Assembly: GCA_964016885.1 (NCBI GenBank)
Contig: OZ024742.1
Location: 37,882,001-37,946,000, forward strand
From: Eledone cirrhosa
Taxonomy: Eukaryota
Direction of reading: 5' to 3'
DNA: 64,000 nucleotides
The notes beneath the pieces are model-generated. The model was not told the origin of the DNA. It was given only the letters and a program-made list of their open reading frames with translations, and made no database searches. This document shows positions 54,458 to 64,000 of this stretch, in pieces. A program made the position numbers and the translations under genes. The first letter of the stretch is position 1; each line of letters starts with the position of its first letter.

Positions 54458-54458
<1 letters not shown>
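52068..54458 (+). mobile_element. Probable Penelope-like pLTR/3' region or non-autonomous element with internal tandem repeats
   Basis: No long ORF and pyrimidine-rich; 70 bp tandem (52545-52686); ~512 bp tandem (52960-53978). Ends with CTGATGA...GAAACCGGTC, AATAAA (54409) and TA repeats. Confidence 0.55.
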
Positions 54459-54510
<52 letters not shown>

Positions 54511-55045
54511 TATACATATATATATACATATATATACATATATATACACATATATACACATATATATACATATATATACATATATATATACATATATATA
54601 CATGTATATATACATATATATACATATATATACATATATATACATATATATACATATATACATACATATATATACATATATATATACATATATATACATA
54701 TAAATACATATATACATACATATATATACATATATATATACATATATATACATATATATACATATATATATATATATATACATATATATGTATATATATA
54801 CATATATATACATATATATATATATATATACATATATATGTATATATATACATATATATACATATATATATACATATATATACATATATATATACATATA
54901 TATACATATATATATACATATATATATACATATATATATACATATATATACATATATATATACATATATATACATATAGATATACATATATATACATATA
55001 TATATACATATATATACATATAGATATATATACATATATATATAC

Positions 55046-55076
<31 letters not shown>

Positions 55077-55085
55077 CATATATAT

Positions 55086-55160
55086 ATTAAGAGAGTAAAA
55101 CAAAGAAGCCTTCAATACATCAAAAGTCTTTATTAGCCGACAATGTTTCGTCCTATTACA
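55086..55160 (-). mobile_element. 75 bp PLE-like 3' stub (half hammerhead + AATAAA), duplicated at 60241-60315
   Basis: Minus strand GGAC-GAAA-CATTGTC-GGCT-AATAAA; the two copies look identical. Confidence 0.6.
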
Positions 55161-55229
55161 TATACATATACATATATATACATATATATATACATACATA
55201 TATATATACATGTACATATATATATATAT

Positions 55230-55847
55230 ATGGTGGCTGCCAACTCGTTTTCGAGTACGGCCACTACTTTATATACATGTAGGAGAACCCCTACCGAAGC
55301 GCTGAACAAGTGTGACTTTTTAGTCCAGCCAGCGACTTGAAAACTCTGGTACAAACACTACACCTGTGACAATTATTGACACATAGTGCTGGGCCCATGG
55401 TACCATGTGACGACAAGTGCAGAGAGATCTCCAGATATAAAGCAATGCCTGTGCCGTGAAGCTTTTATAGTGAGCAAAGGCACTGCACAAAGCCAGTCCC
55501 ACTCTCTTAACCAAGATGATATTTACCAAAAAGAAGAACAAGTCAACATCATTGGATACCATCAGGGTTGCAGGTGTTATATCAGAGTTTTCCTTCTCCT
55601 AGAATTCTGCCTTGACAAAGGCTAAGGGGTCATCTCTCCCGGTGATTTTGGATGGCCATTGACTCTTAAGAGCTCCTTTGCCCTTTGACAGGTTTTGTTT
55701 TTAGTCCTGCAGGATGTCCAAAGTCACCCTCCTCACCAAGAAACCTTGGTGGGGTTGCCAGTTTAGTCGCCAACGACCCGACCATGAGACAGGTTGTACT
55801 GGGATACATGTTACCAGTAGCACCAACATGTTACCAGTAGCACCCAA
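55230..55847 (-). mobile_element. Probable RTE-type 5'UTR/5' region
   Basis: Minus strand contains CTAGGAGAAGGAAAACTCTGA, which I recognise from RTE 5'UTRs; 20 nt tandem duplication at its start; TA repeats on both sides. Confidence 0.5.
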
Positions 55848-56176
55848 TATATATATATACATATATATATACATACATATATATATATACATATACATAT
55901 ATATATACATATACATATATATATACATACATATATACATATATATATATATACATATATATATACATACATATATATATACATATACATATATATATAC
56001 ATATACATATATATATATATACATATATATATACATATATATATATATACATATATATATACATATATACATACATATATATATACATATATATATATAT
56101 ACATATACATATATATATACATATATATATATATACATATACATATATATATACATATACATATATATATATATAC

Positions 56177-56216
<40 letters not shown>

Positions 56217-56724
56217 ATACATATATATATATACATATATATATATACATATATATACATATATATATACATATATATATATATACATACATATACATAT
56301 ATATATATATACATACATATACATATATATATATATACATACATATACATATATATATATATACATATATATACATATATATATATATACATATATATAC
56401 ATATATATATATATACATATATATACATATATATATATATACATATATATATATACATATATATACATATATATATATACATATATATACATATATATAT
56501 ATACATATATATACATATATATATATACATATATATACATATATATACATATATATACATATATACATATATATACATATACATATATATACATATATAC
56601 ATATATATACATATATATATACATATATATACATATATATATGTATATACATATATATATACATATATATACATATATATATATATATGTATACATATAT
56701 ACATATATATACATATATATATAC

Positions 56725-56789
<65 letters not shown>

Positions 56790-56862
56790 CATATATATAC
56801 ATATATATATATATACATATTATACATATATATACATATATATATATATACATATTATACAT

Positions 56863-57991
56863 CTATCTATCTAAGGCGGGTAAAATTCCCGAGATCCATG
56901 GACGAGTTCTCTCCAGCGGTCTCTGTCCCTCATTATCGCTGCCATATCCTGCATCTCCAACAGACCAGTGTCTGTCCTTAGGGCATCAACATATGTTAAC
57001 CTTGGTCTTCCTCTTCTAGTGTGTCCATGTAGGGGCTCCCAAAGGAGCACTGAGTGCAATGTCAACTCTGGATGTCGGTGAGCATGTCCAGCCAACCTCA
57101 GTTTCCTCTGTGTCACTTTTGAGATGCTCCCATACAGCTCTGAGTTTTTCATCCTCAGTGTATACTGATTAATGTTCAGAGCCATCCTCAGCATTCTCGT
57201 GTAGCACCCATCCACCATCTGAGTGAGTCTCTTGGTCAGTGTCCAAGTCTCAGACCCATACAGCAGCACAGACTCCACTACAGCAATGAAGAGGCGGATT
57301 TTCAGGTCTCTACGAAGGTCCGACTTCCACAACGATCTCAAGCTGTGACACGCCGCCCAGGCCTTGCTCTTCCTCCCAACCACATCATCTTCCGTATTCC
57401 CAATCTTTGCTCCCAAATACAGGAAGTCCTCAACCAATTCCAGCGGCTTCCCGCCTACATTAGTGATCCCCTCTGGCTTCTCAACATTCTCCACCAGATA
57501 TTTTGTTTTAGTCTCATTCATTCTCAGCCCCACACTCATTGACACAGTCTCAACCTCCCGCAATCAAATCCTCTGCCTCCTTCACTGTATTTGTCACCAA
57601 AACTATGTCGTCGGCAAATTCAGCATCCGATACCTTTTTCGCCCCAACTCTCCTGCTCTAAGCCGGTGCTACAGTAAAGCCAGTGTCCTGGTATTTCTCC
57701 AGTGCAAGGCGCATACAATAGTCCACTACGAGTGGACTATTGTATGCGCCTTCCTGCGGTCATGGTTTTCATTGACTTTAGGAAGGCCTTTGATTCTGTG
57801 GACCATTACTGCCTGATGAAGATCTTACAGGCTTATGGAATCCCCAAGAGGATAGTGGACCTGATATCACTGCTCTACACCAACACCAAAGCCCAAGTCA
57901 TTACACCTGATGGGATGACAGATTTCTTTGAGATACTGGCTGGAGTGCTCCAGGGAGATACATTGGCTCCCTACCTTTTTATCATCGTAGT
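56863..57991 (-). mobile_element. RTE/RTEX LINE with 5' inversion and 11 bp TSD
   Basis: Minus part 56863-57733 (FADD, FLYLG, LYGSETW, RGRPR, (TAGA)n tail). Plus part ~57755-57990 ([22 protein letters not shown]). ATATTATACAT at 56852-56862 and 57992-58002. Confidence 0.92.
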
Positions 57992-58255
57992 ATATTATAC
58001 ATATATATATATATACATATATACATATATATATATATACATATATATACATATATATATATACATATATATACATATATATATATATACATATATATAC
58101 ATATATACATATATATACATATATATATACATATATATATATACATATATATATACATATATATATACACATATATATATACATATATATATATACATAT
58201 ATATATATACATATATATACATATATATATATACATATATATATATCCACATATA

Positions 58256-58289
<34 letters not shown>

Positions 58290-58401
58290 CATATATATAT
58301 ATACATATATATATATACATATATATACATATATATATATACACATATATATATATATATATACATATATATACATATATATATATATGTATATATATAT
58401 A

Positions 58402-58750
58402 CATCATCATCATCATCATCATTTCATTTTACGTCCGCTTTTCCCTGCTTGCAAGGGTGGGACGGGAACTGATGCTGGCTTGATTTCTACAGCTGGATGC
58501 CCTTCCTAACACCAACCTCATTTACAGTGAGTGCTGGGTGCTATTTTGCTGTGGCACCTCCACGACCACTTTACAGTGGAATGATATGGACCCCAGTCCC
58601 TATCATCTCATTTCTACAGCTGAGTAAGCTGGAGCAATGTGAAATAAAGTGTCTTGCTCAAGGAAACAACACATCACCCGGTCTGAGAATTGAACTCACA
58701 ACCTTTCGATTGCAAGCCCAATGCTCTAACCACTAAGCCATGTGCCTCCA
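58402..58750 (-). mobile_element. Full-length tRNA-derived SINE with RTE 3' tail
   Basis: TGGCTTAGTGG A-box, GAGTTCAATTC B-box, conserved body, RTE-like 3'UTR, (GAT)n. Confidence 0.9.
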
Positions 58751-58774
58751 TCATATATATACATATATATATAT

Positions 58775-59405
58775 ATGTTGTTTGCTCGAGAGAAGGCTAC
58801 GTTGGTATGGACACGTGATGCGCATGAAAGTCGATAGCTGTATAACAAAGTGCAGGGCAATAAAGATAGACGGTAGTCACGGAATAGGCAGACCTAGAAA
58901 AACCTGGGACGAGCTGATAAACTCCGACATCACACACTTACACCTCTCCAAGACAATGTCACTGGACCGAGACCTTTGGCGGTACTCAGTAACAGAGAAG
59001 ACCCGCCTTACCTAAATATATAGTAAAACCTACTCCAGCCAGTAGGCATCTCTAACAAAATACACTCCGTCCCACCACCACCCCATCCACACCACCCCGT
59101 TCTATGTAAAGTTATGTTGGTGCCGCGCCATCCAGGCCGAAACAAATGAGATTGTGTAGGTGTCACGACAAAAAAACACACAGTCCACGCTGTAATGTGG
59201 CCGTGTAGGCAACACGGTAAAAACCTCCCAGACCCACACTGTAAATGTGGTTGGTGTTAGGAAGGGCATCCAACTGTAGAAAACCTGCCAGACAGTCCTA
59301 TGCGAGCAAGACAATCACTCTTGCCTCAAGTGGGACTACCCCCGTCCAAACCCATGCAAGCGTGGAACACGGACGTTAAACGTTGATGATGATGATGATG
59401 ATGAT
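58775..59405 (+). mobile_element. Third young RTE copy (3' 630 bp)
   Basis: Nearly identical to 51454-52057 and to the reverse complement of 47430-48075. Confidence 0.97.
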
Positions 59406-59417
59406 ACATATATATAT

Positions 59418-59525
59418 CCAAATCCTGAATTGAAAGACTTCGCCAGGTGGTGCTATTAAGTTAGACATGGCCTGGGCCAATACTGGCCAAAACATTTCAA
59501 AGTTATTCAAAGTTATTCAAAGTTA
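59418..59525 (+). mobile_element. 3' stub of a CR1-like LINE or SINE with (TTCAAAGTTA)3 tail
   Basis: GGTGGTGC...CATGGCC...TGGCCAAAAC resembles the CR1 tail GGCGGTGC...CATGGCC...TGGCTGAAAC; three tandem decamers end it. Confidence 0.5.
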
Positions 59526-59754
59526 CATATATATACATATACATATATATACATATATATACATATATATACATATATATACATATACATATATATACAT
59601 ATATATACATATACATATATATACATATATATACATATACATATATATACATATATATACATATATATACATATACATATATATACATATATATACATAT
59701 ATATACATATACATATATATACATATACATATATATACATATATATACATATAC

Positions 59755-59813
<59 letters not shown>

Positions 59814-59864
59814 GATACATATATATATATATACATATATATATATACATATATATATATATAC

Positions 59865-60007
<143 letters not shown>

Positions 60008-60022
60008 CATATATATATATAC

Positions 60023-60143
<121 letters not shown>

Positions 60144-60144
60144 C

Positions 60145-60175
<31 letters not shown>

Positions 60176-60186
60176 CATATATATAC

Positions 60187-60217
<31 letters not shown>

Positions 60218-60930
60218 CATATATATATATACATATATATATTAAGAGAGTAAAACAAAGAAGCCTTCAATACATCAAAAGTCTTTATTAGCCGACAATG
60301 TTTCGTCCTATTACATATACATATACATATATATATATATACATATATATATACATACATATATATATACATATACATATATATATATATACATATATAT
60401 ATACATACATATACATATATATATATACATATATATATACATAGATATACATATATATATATACATATATATATATATACATATATATATACATATATAT
60501 ATATACATACATATATATATACATACATATATATATATACATATACATATATATATACATATACATATATATATATACATATATATATATACATATATAT
60601 ATATACATATATACATACATATACATATATATATATATACATATATATATATACATATATATACATATACATATATATACATATATATATATACATATAT
60701 ATACATATATATATATACATATATATACATATATATATATACATATATATACATATATATATATACATATATATACATATATATATATACATATATATAC
60801 ATATATATATACATATATATATATACATATATATACATATATATATACATATATATACATATATATACATATATACACATATATACATATATATACATAT
60901 ATATATACATATATATACATATATATATAC

Positions 60931-60981
<51 letters not shown>

Positions 60982-61055
60982 CATATATATACATATATAT
61001 ATATATACATATTATACATATATATACATATATATATATATACATATTATACATA

Positions 61056-61774
61056 TACTCTTTTACTCTTTTACCTGTTTCAGCCATCCGGCTGAGGCCA
61101 TGCTGGGGCACCGCCCTTGTTGCTACACATTTTATCTCCAGCCTGTATAGGTTGGCCACTGGTGTAGGAGGGAGTTTGTTGCTGCTGCCCTTAGGTTTCC
61201 CTCGTGTTTTGCTGTGGGCTCATCCGGGATCCTGGATAACAAGGTGTCGAGATGTTTCTTAAAGACATCCACCTCCACGTCATGCAAGTCTCGCAGATGC
61301 CTCGGCAGCCTGTTGAAGAGTTGAGGGCCCTTGAATCCCAGGCTATTGCAATACCTGCTCCTTATTCTAGATGTGGAAGACGGGACCTTTGGCACCACAC
61401 AGTGACGTCCTGTTCGACGGTTGGTCCAGCTCCCAATGCCAAAGTTTGGTGCTAGTCCCTCCAGGATTTTCCACATGTAGATCACTGCGTATCTCTCCCG
61501 TCTTTGCTCCAAGGAGTAGAGGTTCAGTTCCTTCAGCCTCTCCCAGTAGCTTGTCTCCCTCATCTTGACAATCCTCTTGGTGTAGCTTCGCTGGATTGCC
61601 TCAAGCTCTGTGGTTAGTTTGACACTATGGGGTGACCACAGCTGGGAGCAGTAGTCCAGGCGGCTTAGGACAAAAGTCCTCCACAGTGTCAACATGGTGT
61701 CTCGATCTCTTGTAAGGAAAGTCCTCAAGATCCAGCCAGCGAATCGTCTACATGCTGTCGCCACCTTCATGATG
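61056..61774 (-). mobile_element. CR1-group LINE 3' fragment, frame open
   Basis: [39 protein letters not shown]; stop at 61132; short 3'UTR with (GTAAAAGA)n tail. Confidence 0.9.
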
Positions 61775-61845
61775 TATACATATACATATATATACATATA
61801 TATATATATATATACATATATATACATATATATACATATATATAC

Positions 61846-61890
<45 letters not shown>

Positions 61891-62300
61891 CATATATATA
61901 TATACATATATATATACATATATATATACACATATATATATACATATATATATACACATATATATATACATATATATATATACATATATATATATACATA
62001 TATATATATACATATATATATATACATATATATATACATATATATATACACATATATATATACATATATATATATACATATATATATATACATATATATA
62101 TATAAACATATATATATACACATATATATATACATATATATATATACATATATATATACACATATATATATACATATATATATATACATATATATATATA
62201 CATATATATCATTACATATATATATATACATATATATATATACACATATATATATATATATATATACATATATATACACATATATATATATATACATATA

Positions 62301-62567
62301 CGTATTTAAGAAAGCCACAACAATGCAAAGGGAAATCTCGAGGTAGGAAGTGAAATATAGATAGGAAAAACAGGTGAAAGTGAAAATTGAGAGAGACAAA
62401 GATGAAAACAAAACAAAGGTAGAAGGGTTACCGTAGTAGAGATTTAATCCCAATATTTCGGGCTCACGCCCATCAACGGGGGAAAAGTTCCAAAAGGGGG
62501 GAAACAGGCCAAGCGGAGAAAGTTGTGATGTCGTTAAGACAGTCGAGGAAGACAAGTCGAGGAAGAA
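62301..62567 (-). mobile_element. Probable inverted partial pLTR of the adjacent Penelope-like element
   Basis: Pyrimidine-rich on the minus strand, degenerate hammerhead scaffold at 62446-62484, runs into TA repeats, abuts the truncated RT. Confidence 0.55.
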
Positions 62568-64000
62568 TCAACTAAAATAATAAAAAATCTTAAATTCAAG
62601 AGATACCCTTACAAAGGACAAGAGCACCTTGTAAATCTCAAGAACACAATCTCTAACCTAAATTCCTCAAAAAATGTTTTAGTCCACTCTGACAAAACCA
62701 ATAACCTATATGGTATTTCCAAGGATAATTATAACAACCTTATCCTAAAGGAACTTAGGAAAAAGTATCGTAAAACCAACCATGAAAATTTAGAATGCAT
62801 AAACCTTGAAGCCTATGAGATTATGTCAAAACTTGGCATTGAAAAAAAGACCGAACCATTCCTCCCAAGAACTCCGAGGATAAATCTCAAGGATCACAAA
62901 AACAATTTTCGCACTGAACTACCTGTTAGATTAATCGCCCCCTCTAAATCTGATCTGGGGGTTGTTAGTAAAGCCATCTTGGATAGGATTATCCCACAGG
63001 TTAGTTCTAATTGCTCTTCTTTAAACCTAAATTTATGGTTTGGTACTTCTGAAGTGATTGGCTGGTTCAACAAATTGGATAATAAAAACAAACTAAAATT
63101 TATTCAATTTGATATTGCCAGCTACTATTCCTCCATTTCGCCTTCACTTCTCAATAATGCTCTATCTTTCGCACTTAAATATTCTGACATCACCACAGAT
63201 GAACTTCACATCATCCTCACCGCACGTAAAACCATCCTAGAGTTCAACAACGAATATTGGACCAGAGCCGATACCTCTAACAACTTCGACATCACAATGG
63301 GAGCATCCGATTCATCCCAATTGACTGATTTAATTGGTATCTTCATTTTGAACTCTTTGAGTCGGAAAATTCCTCAACTTCGCGGTGGAATTTATCGTGA
63401 CGATGGACTCTTTACTATCCTAAATTGCAATATAGTTAAACTTAATATTATTAAGAACAATATACGTAATCTCTTTAACCAACATAACCTAAAAATTGAA
63501 TTTGATAATAGTATCAAACTAGCTAATTTCTTGGATGTATCTCTTAATCTTGACAATGGCCTATATTACCCTTACCATAAAAACAATGAGAACCTTAATT
63601 ATGTTAACTTTAAATCTAACCATCCTACCAATATCAAGAATGCTATAGTTAATAATATTGGAAATAGAATATCTAACATATCTTCTAATAAAAACATCTT
63701 TGATGCTAACGCCAATTACTATAATAACGCACTTTCTAAAGCCGGCTATCCAGATAAAATCAAATATAATAAAGAAACAAATTCTAGGAAAACTTACAGT
63801 AGAATAATTAATCATGACCATTCCAATAATTTTAATAAAAGACCTAGATACAAAAACATAATCTGGTATAATGCTCCTTTCTCCATCTCTATTAATAACA
63901 ATATTCCTAAATTATTTTTTAGTGCCTTAAATAAATGCTTCCCTCCCTCACATATCTATAGTAAAATATTTAACAAACACACCATCAAATTTTCGTATTC
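62568..64000 (+). CDS. Penelope-like (Naiad-type) reverse transcriptase, 5'-truncated, continues past the window
   Basis: Hand translation gives ~475 codons without a stop: SDKTNNLY, LKDHKNNF, RLIAPSKSDLG, FIQFDIASYYSSI, FDITMGASD, IYRDDGL (63390-63410), NFLDVSL, SNHP, IIWYNAPFS, KIFNKHTIKFSY. Confidence 0.93.

Noticed and set aside
58670-58750. tRNA gene
   Set aside because: The A/B boxes belong to a SINE head that continues into body and tail; the same applies to the other SINE heads.

Overview
AT-rich animal genomic DNA. The tRNA-derived SINE families and (GAT)n-tailed RTE LINEs suggest a cephalopod/octopus-type genome; this is inference, not a database result. The window has two parts. 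(1) 1-44 kb looks like the 5' part of a minus-strand host gene: a CpG-rich candidate promoter/first exon near 43.5-43.8 kb and a candidate first coding exon at 10806-10895. Its long introns contain old RTE fragments, at least three SINE types and many copies of TTAA-flanked piggyBac-like MITEs. (2) 45-64 kb is a ~17 kb (TA)n/(TATACA)n array holding more than a dozen inserts, mostly young retroelement pieces. These include three near-identical RTE copies whose RT carries an inserted PHD-type finger, a twin-primed RTE/RTEX copy, a CR1 3' end that shares its tail with SINEs, a full-length SINE, and several Penelope-like pLTR pieces with hammerhead motifs. A ~325 bp inverted repeat carries two outward-facing minimal hammerhead ribozymes, and an uninterrupted Naiad-like Penelope RT frame runs off the window end. 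Most long ORFs in the supplied track are microsatellite artefacts.
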